NCBI GenBank assembly: GCA_013265495.1
Contig: MU058781.1
Location: 11,141,009 to 11,205,008, forward strand
Origin: Vicugna vicugna
Lineage: Eukaryota
Direction: 5' to 3'
DNA length: 64,000 bases
This document shows, in pieces, positions 26,330 to 39,784 of this stretch; within the stretch, counting starts at the first letter, position 1, and each line of letters begins with the position of its first letter. Under the pieces are notes generated by a model. The model had not been told where the DNA came from. It made no database searches and worked only from the letters and a program-made list of their open reading frames with translations. The position numbers and the translations under genes are program-made.

Positions 26330-29300
26330 CTAAAATCCCGTAACTTACCAAAACTAACACTGGGAAAGATTAAAAGATATAAATATCTCTACACTTATTA
26401 AAGAATTGAATCTGAAATTTAAAACTTCACAAAACGGAAAGCTCCAGGTCTAAGTAATTACAGCAGTGAGATATCAAAAGTATAAAACATCACAGACAAT
26501 TTGGATTTATTCCAAAAATGAAGTTAGTTTGAAATCCAAAAATCAATGTAATTCACCACATTAAAAGAATAAAGGGGAAAACTATAAAAGTCATTTCAAC
26601 AGGTATGGAAAAGGCCTTTGATGGATTCAAAACACATTCCACCTTAAAACAACAACAACAAAAACCCTTGAGAAGAAAAAAAAAAGGAAATTTCCCTAAT
26701 AAACAGAATCTCCTGAATCTGATAAAATGTACAAAAACTTGGAATAAACATCATTCTTAGTGGTGAAATACTGAGGATTTTCTCCTTGAGATTAAGAATG
26801 AAATGAAGATGTCAGCTATCACTAATTCTATTCAATTTGTACCATAAGTATAAAAACATAAGAGGGAAAAGAAAGAAGTAAAACTATCATTATTTGCAAG
26901 TGAAAGTATACTGAATTTAGAAAATCCAAAAGAAACCACAGAAATCACTACAAGTAATTAAATTTAGTACTGCTACTGGAAACAATGTCAAATATATAAA
27001 AATCAGTTGTATTTCTAATAAATCAGTGACAAATAATTATAAAATTTAAATTTAATACAACAGCATTTTAAAAAGCATAAGATACCTATGAATAAATCTA
27101 ATAAGAAATAATACAGAATATATATAAAACATGACTGAGAAAATTTAAGATAGACAAATAAATGGAGAGACATACTATGTTTATGTACTATTTGACTCAA
27201 TATTTTAAAGATTGGTCTGTAGATTCAATTCAATCCCATTCAAAAATCCCAGCAGGTGAGTTGTGGAAACAGAGAAGTTGATTCTAAAATGTAAAGGAAT
27301 TTTAAAGTACCTGGTAAATAGAGAAGACAGTCTTAAAGAAGAACAAAATAAGCTGAAAGATTTATACTAACTGGTATCAAGATTTATGATAAAGCTAAAA
27401 TAATTAAGACAGTGTATCACAAAGATAAAATAATAGACCAATGGAACAGAATAGAGACGACAAACAGATTCACCCATAGATAAACATCTAATTTAAGACA
27501 AAGGGCAGTGATATGGAATTTTCAAGAAATGGTACAGCATCAACTAGATATCCACATGAAGGAAAAGTAATCTTGACCCCCTAACTCATACTATATACAA
27601 AAATCAGTTCTAGACAGACTGTAGCTTTCACAGTAGACAATAAAACAACCACGCTTCTAAATAAATAAATGTCCTGGGGATAGACAAAGAAAACATTAAT
27701 GCTAAAGAAAAAAATTAATAAAGTGGACTTGGAGATTACAGGCTTCTGTCCTACAAAAGAAGTCTTTGAGGGAGTGACAAAACAAACCACAGAATGGGAG
27801 AGAATATTTTCATATTGAACAAGTGAGTCATTTATAAAGAAGTCCTATAAATCAATATGAAAAGGGCACACAATCCAACAGAAAAATGGACACAAGACTT
27901 GAAAAGAAACGTTACTAAAAAACATCTCAAAATAGCTAAAAGATACATGAAAAGGCACTCAACTTCACTAATCATCAGGAAAATGCAAATTAAAATTGCA
28001 ATGAAATACCACTCCTCACCCACTAGAATGGCTAAGATTCTTTAAACTGACAATAATACATGCTTGGGAAGCTGTGTAGAAACTGGAATTTTCACACATT
28101 GGTGAGAGTGTGAACTGATACAACCACTTTGGAGCATTATTTGGTAATATCTATTAAAGAGGAAATATGTATCTCATATGACCAAGGAATTCAACTGAAG
28201 TACTTGCACATGTTCACCAACAGATAAACAGCAAAATATTTACAGTAGCACCACTCACTAAAGCCCCAAACTGGGAACAACACAGAAGCCCATCAACCGT
28301 GGAATGCATCAACAATGCTAAATAAATAATAAGCAATGGAATGCTATACTGCAATGAGCATAACAAACTATTGTTATATGCAACAAAATGAATAAATCTC
28401 ACAAACATAATTTTGAATGAAAGCCAAACATAATAGGTTGCAATATAGTGTATAATTCTATCTTTTAAAGTTCAAAACCAAGAAAAACTAGTCTATGATG
28501 ATAGAAGTCAGGATAATGGTTTTCTTCAGCAGGGGAATGTCTAGAAAGGTGGAGGAGGGGGGGCTTCTGACTTGCTGGTTGTGGACGATCTGCATTAGGT
28601 GTTGGTCCCCAGTTCCTGGGTTCCTGACACAGAATTCCTAAAAACCTTGGAATTTCCTGAGTGATGAGGGTGACGTCTTTTGTTCTAATGAGGTGAATCT
28701 TGGCAGGAGTCTAAATTGCTATAGGAGGGGAGCTGGTTGATGGAGAAAGCAAGCCTTGATTAAAAGTCTGGTACTTTCAGCACCCCCCTCAACCTCCAGG
28801 GAAGGGTGAGGACCTGGAGGTTGAGTTAATCATCAATGGCCAGTGATTCAATCCATCATGTTTACATGATGAAACCCTACAGTGCTGGATTGGGAGAGGA
28901 TGGGATGGGAAACACATCAAGATGCTGGGAGGGTGGCACGCTGGGAGAAGGCATGGAAGCTCCATGCTCCTCCCCTCACACCTCGCCCTAGGCGTCTCCT
29001 CAGTCTGGCTGTTCCTGAGTTGTATCCTTCACAATAAACCAGTAATCACAAGTAAAGACTTTCCTGAGTTTTGGACGGGGGATGTGGGAGTGTGGTATAG
29101 AAACCCCCCACTCTGTAGCCAAATCAGACAGAAGTGAGGGTAACCTGGGGACCTGATACTTGTTATTGGCACCCGAAGTGAGGACTGCCTTGCAGGACTG
29201 ATCCCTTAAACCTACAGAGTCTGATGCTAATTCCGGGCAGACAGAGTCAGAACTGAATTGAATTGTGGGACACCTCGTTGGTGTTGGTGAGTTGGAGAAA

Positions 29301-29490
29301 CCCTGTGGAAAAGACACCACACATTTGGTGTCAGGGGTAAAAAACATCTCGCCCTGGTAAAGTTCTGTTCCTTGATCTGGCTGCTGGTTATGTAGGTCTA
29401 TCCAATTTAGAAGATCCCGCAAGATGTCTACTTATGACTTGAGCACTCTTCTATATACATGTTATGTGTCAGCAAAAAGTTTATACTCAA
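26330..29490 (+). mobile_element. Old L1 (L1ME-like) ORF2 3' half and 3'UTR, interrupted by an LTR at 28580-29353
   Basis: Degraded ORF2 motifs (e.g. ORF 27857 HNPTEKWTQDLKR...MKRHSTSLIIRKMQIK; GACCAATGGAACAGAATAGAG). The 3'UTR resumes after the LTR. Confidence 0.88.
28580..29353 (+). mobile_element. Solo LTR, MER21-like (ERVL class)
   Basis: Starts TGTGG. Recalled MER21 motifs CCTTGGAATTTCCTGAGTGAT, AATAAACCAGTAA and ACACATTTGGTGTCAG. 5-bp TSD CTGGT at 28575-28579 and 29354-29358. Confidence 0.85.
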
Positions 29491-30379
29491 AACCATGCCC
29501 AGCGTCATATGTCTGTGTAGCCACTCACTCTTCTGGCAGATAGCAGGATGCTCAAGTGAAGAGAAGGAGCTCCAAAAATTCAGATATTTCTGCTGCTTGG
29601 AGCTTAAGAGAATAGAGCTCAAGAAAAAGTAAACAGAGGAGAGTAAGCAGCCTGAGTGTGTGAACAGGAGAGGGATTCGTCAGGAAGCTGAAGACCGAGC
29701 CTTCGTAAAATTTTGTTGAGGGGAAGGAAGCGGATTTAAAGTTAAAGCCCTGCCATTTAACGTGGGAAATCAGAAATGTAAATAATCTCTAATCCAAAGT
29801 GGCTTTTAAATCCTCTATTAATGGAAAATCCGATATCGTGTCTACAGCACTACACAAAGAATGATTTCACATTAAAAAGTGAGGAAAATTCATCAACTCA
29901 GTTTGGTTTTAATAGCCTCCGTTTTTTAGTGCTATCTTCTTAAAGCTGTTATCTCGGCAGCACACTGCACCAATTCAGGGGCCATCTGACCACGATGATT
30001 TTGTTTTTATTAAATTATAAGGAGATTAATTTTTCAGTTTTTTCCCACATAAAGCCATATATTGCACCTCAGCTTTAATACTGATTTCTTAAGTCAAGTA
30101 AGCAAGCCTTTTCCCTAATCTATCACCTTTCCCTGAATTTAAATAAAATGCCTCCACTTACAAGGATGTGTATCTACTTTGCCTGAACTCTGTGGCAGGC
30201 AGAGATTCGCTGAATCTCTGTGCCCCTGGGAGATGTTTGATTAGCAAATCTGATCTAATCAAGCTAATTCCAATTTTTAAATATCACCATAAAAAATTGC
30301 AATGCCTAAATTCAAATAAAAGCACAGCAAAAAAAAAAAAGTACAATGTTTGGAAAAATGCAGTCATTCTCTCATTACA

Positions 30380-31100
30380 TTTTACAGAGAGCTACCCAGA
30401 TGGTGGGCCCACAAAGATGAACAAGCCAATGATAAGAAGTCCTGGCTCGCAAATTGTCCATGGGCCAGTGGAGAAGGGCATGAGAAGAAATGGTTCTACT
30501 GTGATGTAACACGCACTGTGGTAAAGTCGTGTCCTGCTGTCGGAGGTAGACTGAGCAAAGGCTCAAGGCTGAGGATGTTGGAACCAATTTTATAGAAGGG
30601 ATGATGCCACAGTGAGTCTTACAGAGAAGCTGAGGGGAATTGGGAGGGTATTCTAGGCACATGCAAAGGACATGGTAATGGCTCATGGAATTAAGAAAAC
30701 TCTGGAAAGTTCTGTATGCCCAATATGCATGCAAGAAGCTGGTGGTGGAAGATGAGGCTGGTTGGTAAGAAAGGCCATGAAAGTGAGAAGCTCCTGAAGG
30801 AATTTCACTAGAGCAGTTTTGCGGATTTAGGACACTGCCAGTAGAGCTATGAAGGGTAGCCTGGGAGGGAGCTCAGGAGACCTAGAAGCCGGGAGTCTGC
30901 ATGAAAAATACGCAGTTTAAATCCAGAAGGACCAGGTGAGGAGGACCAGATCCAAGAGACTCTCGGAAGGTAAAATCAGTGCAAATTAGCCCTGACTGAG
31001 TGTGGAGGATGAGGGACATGAACAAGTCTAGGCTGACTCTAAAGTGAACAAGATTAAAATGATGGAATGGGGTGATGTGGAGGGGGTTAGAAGGAAGGGG
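30380..31100 (-). mobile_element. L2 fragment
   Basis: CATGCAAAGGACATGG...GATGAGGCTGG...GCAGTTTAAATCCAG...AAGTCTAGGCTGACTC. Confidence 0.6.
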
Positions 31101-33008
31101 GAGGGACTCGGGGTGTCCTGAATACCACCTCAAGCCGGCAGAAACTGTAAACTCCTCCTCTGATCCCTGCCCAGCAACACACATCGCTCCCGAGTTTCCG
31201 CCTCTGCGGTCCTCTGAGACGGGGACTATGTGAAGGAAACTAAGGATACAGTGACAATTCAGGGCCTGGAGAATGATTTTTTTAATGTGTGTGTGTAGGA
31301 AGCCTATGAGAAATCAAGGTAGAAATTTTAAGTCAAAAATAGAACCCTTCATCTAAGAAAAGTGGTTGAGCCTGGCAACAAATTCCAGTGTCAAGTCCGT
31401 AAGGAGACTGATGAGAATATGTTAAGGGCCTTTCTTAGTTAGGGACACAGAATAATGAAAAATGAAAGTCTGTTGGTCACTTTAAGGAAAAGTCACAATT
31501 TTTGTTGCTCTTCTGGGCAAATGTCCTTTAGCATAAACAGCGATGTTCAGTCACCATAATGATTTTTGAGAAGAGTACGCAGGAACTTCTGAGTTAATCT
31601 GAACAAGGATATAAAAATAACATTATAAGATTAAACCATCAAGGAAAAGCCCCCACCACCAAACAAACAAACAAAAAATTACAGCAGTTTTCCATTGTCC
31701 AATGAACAAATTCGTGGAATCGCTCCCCTTCTTGCTTATGTTAAATTAAATCACCATCCCAATTTGGAGGATTGCTTAACATTTGACTACTCTGGGCTTA
31801 AAATGCATTAGAGATTTAAATGCTGAATTCAGTCCTGGTTTTCCTCCCCCTGCCCCCAACTTATCTGGCCAGAACTTCCTCTCTCAAATATCAATTCCCA
31901 AAGTCAGATTTATCCTCTCTCCCCTGCTCTCAGAGTCTTTTACAGGGACCCCATTCTGCCACCTGACATATCCTACCTTGACCTAAAGGCGCTTTTCAGT
32001 CCCCAACTCAATTTTAATCTTCATGAGAAGAAAACCACATTTTTTCCTCATTTTTATGCCTCTCCTCCAAGGAAAGGACTCATCATGCTGACGATAAAAT
32101 GCAATGGAGCAAGGTAGAGCCAGGAGGTTAACCTAGAAACTAGCTGGAGTGAAAGAGAATGGATGCTCAAGGTTATTCTTAGTTTTTTTAATGTTTTTAG
32201 AAGAAATGATTTTGTCTGCTCAGCTGACCCTTTTCTTTGTCTCTCTCCTTCTAGTTCTTTCTAAGCCTACTAACTTTCTTTAGCTTCTTTGTCTTTCTGC
32301 AGACTTCTTCAGCTTTGAGCTTGAGACTAGGAAGTCAAGTGAGACTTGGAAGGGAGAGGGAAGGGAGCCATAAGAAGGCAGCTGCTTGGGGCAGTATGAA
32401 TGAATAATGGGGTCCTCCACCTCCCCATCTCCAGGCTCCCTCATTCCAGGTACTAAGGTTCCTCATTTCAGACTTGGAGATCATTCCAAACTAATTCTTA
32501 TCTCCTTACTATTAGAGATATTGCTATTAACCACTAGCCTCTTCAGGCACTTTCTACTTCATAAAAGTGTTTTCTCATTCACTTTTATTAATGTTCCATT
32601 ATGATAAAAATGCTAAATAACCATCATCGTGCTTCTAAATTATAACCCCAGGGTCAACCTGGGAATAAAGTCTAAAGAGAATTTGATGATTCTCCCAACT
32701 AATTTCTGAAAAGGAGACAGGAAGCCTGCCTCACAAATGAAAAACTGCCTTATAGCCGTCTGCCTGCTACAGAAACTTTTTATTTCTTTGTCCCTTCTGT
32801 CTCAGGCTTGCTCAGAAAATAAAAACTTCCTAAGGGGTGAATTTATCCATCTAAATGCTATCGAGTTCTGCAGCAATTAGATCTGGAACTCTTGCTTTAG
32901 TTGGCAAACCTCACCAAATTGAAAATGTAATGAATCTCAAACATTCTAGGATGGAAATGCTGGAGAAAATCTGGGGACCATGTGTCAGTCATGGTGCTTA
33001 CTGATTCC

Positions 33009-33107
33009 TTTTTTTTTTAAATTTATTTTTAATGGGGGTACTGGGGCTTGAACCCAGGACCTCGTGTATGCTAAGCAGGTGCTCTACGCCTGAGCTACAC
33101 CCTCCCA
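33009..33107 (-). mobile_element. Vic-1-type tRNA(Ala)-derived camelid SINE (short form)
   Basis: Reverse complement GGGAGGGTGTAGCTCAGGCGTAGAGCACCTGCTTAGCATACACGAGGTCCTGGGTTCAAGCCCCAGTACCCCCA plus an A-rich tail. A and B boxes present. Degenerate flanking repeat TACTGATTCCTTTT / TACCAGTCCCTTTT. Confidence 0.85.
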
Positions 33108-34059
33108 CTACCAGTCCCTTTTAAGATTTTTCCTGAGTGGTTACTCTTCTTGTCTCCCAGGACAATGACAGCCCACACTACTCATTCCAAAACTAGATGG
33201 AATCATTAAGAACTTTGATGCCAGTGAGGGCTGGATGATAGTATTCTTCTATTTAATTAAGAAAAACAGTCATTGTTCCCTTTTGCTCCTATTACATTCT
33301 TGGTCTAGTCTGACATGGGAACTGTCTATTTGTTCAGTTGGATCTTTTTGGTAGTTTTACAGTTGTAGAGGACTAGTCATTCATTTTCCAACCGCAAAAT
33401 TTTCACCTCGCACAAAAAAGCAATTTTAGAATTCTGAACCATCATTTTCTTCAAATCCCTCATTATGTACAGCTTAAATCCATTTTCTTGCTATTATTTT
33501 TTGCCGTTCAATTACTCTACAGAATGACTCTGCCTCTGTTTTTGATCTGAGACGTTAATGCATTTTTACTTTTCCAGGTGCTGTGCACACAAGGTTTATA
33601 ACACTGCCCTAGGGACACGGTATGGAAGATCACCACACCAATAAGATGCAGAGTTCTGTGCCTTGCGTTTGGTCTTAGCTTTATATAAAATATATACAGC
33701 ATTGCTCTAACACACTTAGGCTGGAGGCAACTATAAAGTCTGATTAAGTCTGTAATCATGGGGAAAACTCTAAACTTAGGGACAAAGGACCTCAGTTCAC
33801 ATGCTGTGTTACCCTGGAAAGAAATAGCTGTCATTCATTAAAAGCCTTCCAGCTTGCTGAAGACTGCAAGATACTAAACCTTCCTGCACCTTAGTCTTCG
33901 AATCTGTAAAATGGACATGATGATTTCCATTTATGAATATGATTTCCACTTACCCTTCTGTGTTTGTCCCATAAAACAAGCGAGGTAAATAGAGGTGTAA
34001 GTGCTAACCAAAGGTTTTTCATTTCTACTTCTTCACGTCCTCCTCCTGTACTTGCTCCT

Positions 34060-34540
34060 TAAGAGTTAAGGTTGGCCCTTTTCTTCTAAATCTATGAGTC
34101 CTCCCTGGGCATCTCTCCTTCACCTTGGCTTCAACTCTCACCTGTATGACCCCCAGATCTCCGCCTGCAAGAGGAAGTCTTTCCCTTTCTAGTTGATCCA
34201 TGTCCACCTCCGTTAGATGCCATTTAAGTCCCTTAACTCAACATGTACAGCCTTTCCCTCCTGTTGTGCACATTTCCTGGAAGTTAATGACACCAACCAT
34301 CTCCCTTGGTACCCAGGCCAAATACTCAATGTCCCCTTGGATCCTGCTTACTGTCTCCCACCTTCCCTTGTGATCTCAGGTCATATTTAATCTGTCTCCT
34401 GCATATTTCTCAAAGCTGCCCTCTCCTCTCTATCCCACTGTCAAAGACTGTCAGGTCCACCACTGTTTCCCTCCTTGTCTACAGCAGGCCTTCTCCATTT
34501 CCCTACCTCTGGGAAATCCTCCTCTGATTCCCTGCCCTTA
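34060..34540 (+). mobile_element. L2 fragment
   Basis: TGACCCCCAGATCT...CTTAACTCAACATGT...CACCAACCATC...CCCAGGCCAAA. Confidence 0.65.
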
Positions 34541-34574
34541 ACCTTGTCAACCAACCCAAAGGTCTAGGGAAGCT

Positions 34575-35002
34575 TTGGTGGACAGTTCCCATACACTCCC
34601 AGGCCTTCCTACCTCAAGGTCCAGAGTCTCTGCCCTAGAACTTTCTCTGGCCAAAGAAGCTTGTTCGGCCTGAGTGTGAGACAGGCCAGAGTACCAGGGA
34701 GTTAGCGTTCCAAGAACAACCCTCAACTAATGAAGAACAGGAAATGGCAGGCAGATGTCCCAGCTTCCTCATCCCTGCATGGGGCAATGCTGAGATGTGT
34801 TTCATACACTCTCTCAGAAGGTTCCAGCAAGATAGAGCCTCAGTTGCCCCCAGGGGACTTGATTCAATACCCCTTTTATTAGCTTCCATGTCTTACCTGC
34901 CCAGGCTTTCTGGGACCACCTCCAAAATGAACTACTTGCACCCAATTCCTTCTCTTAGATCCTCACCTATTAAGCAAAGTTTTGGGGAAACTGAAATTAA
35001 GA
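34575..35002 (+). mobile_element. LTR16-like ERVL solo LTR
   Basis: 3' motif CTGGGACCACCTCCAAAATGAACTACTTGCACCCAATTCCTT...GGGGAAACTGAAATTAAGA resembles LTR16. Confidence 0.7.
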
Positions 35003-35009
35003 GGAAGAA

Positions 35010-35170
35010 GGATGGCATCAGACTGCTTAATGGCAACAATGAAAGTAAAAAGGTAGTGAAGTAATATTGAAATTCTCAGTGAAAAGTACTTCCAACCAGG
35101 AATTCTATGTCTACCCAAACTAAAAATTAAATAAGAGCATATGCTGAAGATATCTTCAGACACTTCAGGA
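35010..35170 (+). mobile_element. Ancient L1/HAL1 ORF1 fragment
   Basis: GATGGCATCAGACT...AAATTCTCAGTGAAAA...TTCCAACCAGGAATTCTAT...CCAAACT resembles the ORF1 C-terminal region. Confidence 0.55.
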
Positions 35171-37112
35171 AATGACGGTAGGTTCGCTGGGTATGAGCCT
35201 CCACCTTACGATCATCCCGAAGCTCCGTGTGACCCCAAGGGGCCAGGAAGCCGTGCAGGGTGCCGGGCTTCCCAGCCAGGGCCGTGGGAGTTGTCCTCGG
35301 CCATCTGGGAGGAGGCTTCTTGTCTCTTCCTATGGCGCAAGCACCCTCCGTAAAGCGGCTCCCCCTCTGTGCTGGCACCCTGACCATGAAGCACAACACA
35401 GCCCGGGAGAAAGCCAGCTACCATCAGTCCAAAGGTGACAGACGTGTGCAGGGGCAGAAGATGCCTGTCAGCTCCGCTGACTGACCTCCCGGGGGAAAGT
35501 GGTTCTTACAAAGGCCTTTAAAGGAATGAAACCTTGCCCAACTTCACAGAAACAATGTGGTATTCTCACCTACTTGCATAAAATAAGAATAAGTGGAGAG
35601 CTTTAAACCTCCAAAGCTCAGAAGTACTCTCTACATAGTTTCCCTTTATCTTTATCCCCACTGGCCGAGCACACTGCATAGTGATTTGCAGTAAAGTGTG
35701 TATCTCCTCTCCAGAACAATTAAGATAACTGGGAAGAATAAAAATAGAGTTCAGATAAAAACTAGCCACAGTCTACAAAGGAGCTGCAGCGTTTATACGA
35801 GGGAGGGAAACATCCCTCCCCCATCGCGCCGTACCAAGTGGTACTAGAAATCGTTCCAGACGTCATACTCAATGCATTTAAGCAGCAATGGCCTTGTTCT
35901 CAGCTACTGCGTGGCTACTTTCTACGTTGGCAAAACTGACTCAGAGCCCTAGGAGATGACATAATACCAAGCAGGAAGAAACTGTCGATGCTTAAAACAT
36001 AAGCACATTTTGGCATTTATGGGTGCCGAATGGAGTCTGGTCATTGAAATGGAGAAAGAAATTGCTTCTACAAAAACTTCTCCAGGTGAATTTCTTGATA
36101 AAGATATAATTATGACTCCTGGAGGAAAATGTGGACGTGCTGAGCAATTAGTACACAGGAGAGAAAATGGAGTTGCACTGGCGATTAGCAAAGGGCGGTA
36201 CAGAGTAAGCGTGCAGTAAACGTTTATTGAGGAAACGTTATCTCGGAAAGGGGGTGGGTTCCTAAGTCCCAGGATTCATGAAACTTGGGGAAGGAAATTC
36301 AGGTTCACTGACAAACTTGGGATACAAGAGCTTAAGTCCTTGGATATTGAAGTAACTACTAAAAAAATAGGATGTGGCCATTTGATGAATAAACTAAAGG
36401 TCAACCTCAAAAAATATCCACCTTCTTTAAGGTTCCCAAATACTGAAAAAAAGTGGGTCTGAATGCTGAAGACTTGGACTCAGCCCAGTCTGGTGTACAC
36501 AAGAGGAAAGACGCATTATTATACCACACTGCAGAAGAGGAAAATCACTTGGTTAGTAATAACTAACTCCTACCACGTACAAAAAAGCAAAGGCTCAAAT
36601 CAATCATCCCCATCTACGAAGGGAACACGGAAAATGGAAGAATGGAAGAGGAGAAAACGGAACTCCTCAAAATCTCCCAGATAAGCTACTGGGTTGACTG
36701 TGACACATCAGCACACATCACTAAAGAAGACACATCGAAGACCAGATGCATGAAAGCCGCCCTCACTCCTCCCACTGCACTCCCAGCATCCGCGCCCTCC
36801 GGACAATCCCACGGGGGTGTCCACCTCTTAGCCAGCTACATGTCAGCGTGGCATTTTCCAGAAATCACTAGCCATCGGTAAACACTTTGACTCTGGAAAG
36901 AATGGTTTCTCCTCTTTTTCCTCCATTTGTAAAACTGGAAAAATGCTGTTTATCTACTTCTGAGGATTTATAGATGATGAAGCTTATGACGTGTCAGGTT
37001 AAAATTCACAATTGAGATGCTCTAAAGCATGGGTATCAGAATTGTACCATTACTCAGTGTTTGGAATTTGTCACCCTTAATTTTAATTGTCACCACAAAT
37101 GTAGGCATAATG

Positions 37113-37307
37113 ACTATATATAAAAATAGATTTTTTTTAAAGAAGTTTCTTCTGTATAGCACAGGGAACTATATTCAATACCTTGTAATAACCTTTAATG
37201 AAAAAGAATATGACAATGAGTATATGTACGTATGTGCATGACTGGGACACTGTGCTGTACACCAGAAATTGACACATTGTAACTGACTGTACTTCAATTA
37301 AAAAAAA
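37113..37307 (+). mobile_element. Young 5'-truncated L1 3' end with a 16-bp TSD
   Basis: CTGTATAGCACAGGGAACTATATTCAATA...GCTGTACACCAGAAATTGACACATTGTAACTGAC plus poly(A). TSD AAA(T/C)GTAGGCATAATG at 37097-37112 and 37308-37323. Confidence 0.92.
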
Positions 37308-37329
37308 AAACGTAGGCATAATGGATGGG

Positions 37330-37356
37330 ACACACACACACACACACACACACACT
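37330..37356. repeat. (CA)n microsatellite
   Basis: Directly visible, just 3' of the young L1 TSD. Confidence 0.95.
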
Positions 37357-37534
37357 CTCAGCGACGAGTGCTTCTCCATCCAGTGCACAAAGTAAGAAGG
37401 CAGGATTCGAAAAGAATCTTTTCTAAAAAGGGCTAGGATCTCACTCCTCTCAAACTGAGATAAACATCTCACTGGTATTCAGCCAGCCTCTAATTTTTCA
37501 ATCTCTCAGCTGAAAGTGAACAGCCAAGTCTACA

Positions 37535-37844
37535 CAGGTCGACCTCGTTTTACTGCACTTCACAGACACTGCGACTTTTACAAACTGAAGGTTAGTGGCA
37601 ACCCTGCATTGTCAGATGATGGTTAGCATTTTTTTTACCAACAACATATTTTTTAATTAAGGTATATACATTTTTAGACATAATGCTATTGCACCCTTAA
37701 CAGGGTATGTATGTTGTAGTGTAGAGTATAAACATAACTTTTATCTACACTGAGAAACTAAAATATTCGTGTTTGCTTTATTGAGACATTTGTTTCATTG
37801 TGGTAGTCTGGAACCCAGCCTGCAAGCACTCCGAAGTATGCCTG
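37535..37844 (+). mobile_element. Internally deleted Tigger1-type DNA transposon
   Basis: CAGG...CCTG termini. Tigger1 5' end (ACAAACTGAAGGTTAGTGGCAACCCTGCA) is joined directly to the 3' end (TCAGATGATGGTTAGCATTTTT...CCGAAGTATGCCTG). Confidence 0.85.
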
Positions 37845-39664
37845 GATCCTAAACAAATATTTATTAATAGAATTCAAATTGCAATAAAACTTCAAGAAAT
37901 TACTAAAATCCCTGGCTGTACTAGATTTTTGTTATATGATACGTCATTCCAACAAGGGTCCCTGAGGCACAGAAAAATGCTTATTTTACAAATTTTTATC
38001 ACACTAGTACTCATCACAGCAAAACTTGACCCATACCTCACAGTACTATTGCCACTGACATGGTAAGTTCCGATCCACAAAGGAATAGAGACCAGTATTT
38101 TCCCTGTCACAGAGTCAGTACGGTGGCAGCAGACACCAAGGAATCGTACATCTTCCTCAGCTTCTTAAACACAGCCAGTGCCCTGCTTTGTGAAATCATC
38201 TTGGCCCCTTCTTATGTACTTTCGTCCAATACATGACACCCCTTAGCAGGTGAGACTTGGGAGAGCACACTTGGAAAATATGTTTCCTCTTTTATCTTGA
38301 CTCTCCTGTGACTGGGAACCAGGCAAGTGCCCAAGCCGGTCCATCAGCTGAAGCAAAGAAGCTCGAGTCTCAGTGCCCCGGGATGTGACTCTGAGGATGG
38401 ATTGTAGGAGTGTCTCACGCTCAGGGCGACGCAGCAGACCGCGTGCAGACAGTAGCTATTACAGAATCCAAGAGCATGCCTGCCCAAGGGCAGTCACTCA
38501 GCAAGGTCACAGTATTCAGACATCCTTTCCTGGCACTGCACCTGCTCCCTCCCTATCATTCACTGGGAGTCTAAACATCACAGGTTCCTGGGGAGCAGTC
38601 ACTGAACGATGCTGGGAACAAGCCAGGAACTGCGTTCAGGGCACTGGTCCACGTACATGAGCACGCACACGCCCACCTACCCATACAAATAGGAGGAGAG
38701 TCACATCCTTCAGAAGAAAACAAGTCTTGATTTTGCTTATATTTTAACACTTTTAAAAAGTATTTATAATTATCAATACCATGTAAACCATAGCAATGTA
38801 GGCCAGGCTATTACCTCTACGGCTTTTCCAAAATTTCTAAGAAGCCTGAAACTCACATACTTCCTGTGTTCCAAGGGTTCTAAAAACACTAAGTTTTTCA
38901 CATAGAAAATATTTAAAATATCAGTGAATAAAATCAATCCCCAAAATACTATTTGGAAGCGATCATCATTACAATTTTGCTCAGAGAAGAGAGTGTAGCT
39001 AGTTAACAGCCTCTGAAACCTATGTCAAGGCACCGCCCAAGTGGAAAGTGTAAGGAAAACATAATGCTGGTCAGTTAAGCTGATATTTAAATGCAGCATT
39101 AAACATGCATTGCATACCCAACTTCATCAATCACCAACCCATCTCATTTTGCATTTTGGCTACCAAAAGAAAATGGGATTTGTTTCCCTGAAGAAATATG
39201 TCACTGCTCTGCTTGAATTATTAAGCCTTACTATTACAGAGAGAAACCTAGTCAGGAAAAAAGGAAAAAAGAAAAAGAAATAAAATTAGACCTAGGTTGC
39301 CATCTACAGACTGATATCAACACTGCTCATTCATGAAGCATTAGCCATCAGAATATCAGTAAATATGAGCAGTTAAAAATAAAGAGAAAAGGACAAAGCG
39401 AATGACCACAGTTGTAATTATAACAAAAATCAAGGCAGCCTACAAAGTCCCTTTTTCCTAATAAATGTGAGAACAGTAAAGAATACCAGATCAAAGATTT
39501 GCACAATTTAACATATGTTATGAAGGCATCATAGATACACATCCTAACTCTAAAATTTAACACTCTGAAATAAAATTGAGTAGATTACCTGGTTCCAAAT
39601 TTAAAATATTTTTAAGCAGAAAAAAAGACTACATTTCATCTCTAAAATCGAATTCTTGCAGTTT

Positions 39665-39784
39665 GTATTTGATATTTGTGCATATTGAGAAATGATCGCC
39701 ACAATAAGTCTAGCTTTTTTCCTTGTGATGAGAACTTTAAAGATATACTCTCTTAGCAACATTCAAATATTCAATACAGTATTA
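39665..39784 (-). mobile_element. L1MA9-like 3'UTR fragment
   Basis: TTGTGATGAGAACTTTAAAGATATACTCTCTTAGCAAC...TACAGTATT, flanked by the imperfect repeat AATTCTTG(CAG/GAT)TTT. Confidence 0.75.

Noticed and set aside
29000..29422. 140-aa ORF
   Set aside because: Antisense read-through of the MER21-like LTR and L1 3'UTR.
29955..29965. TCGGCAGCACA resembles the U6 snRNA 5' region
   Set aside because: Only 11 nt match and similarity does not extend on either side.
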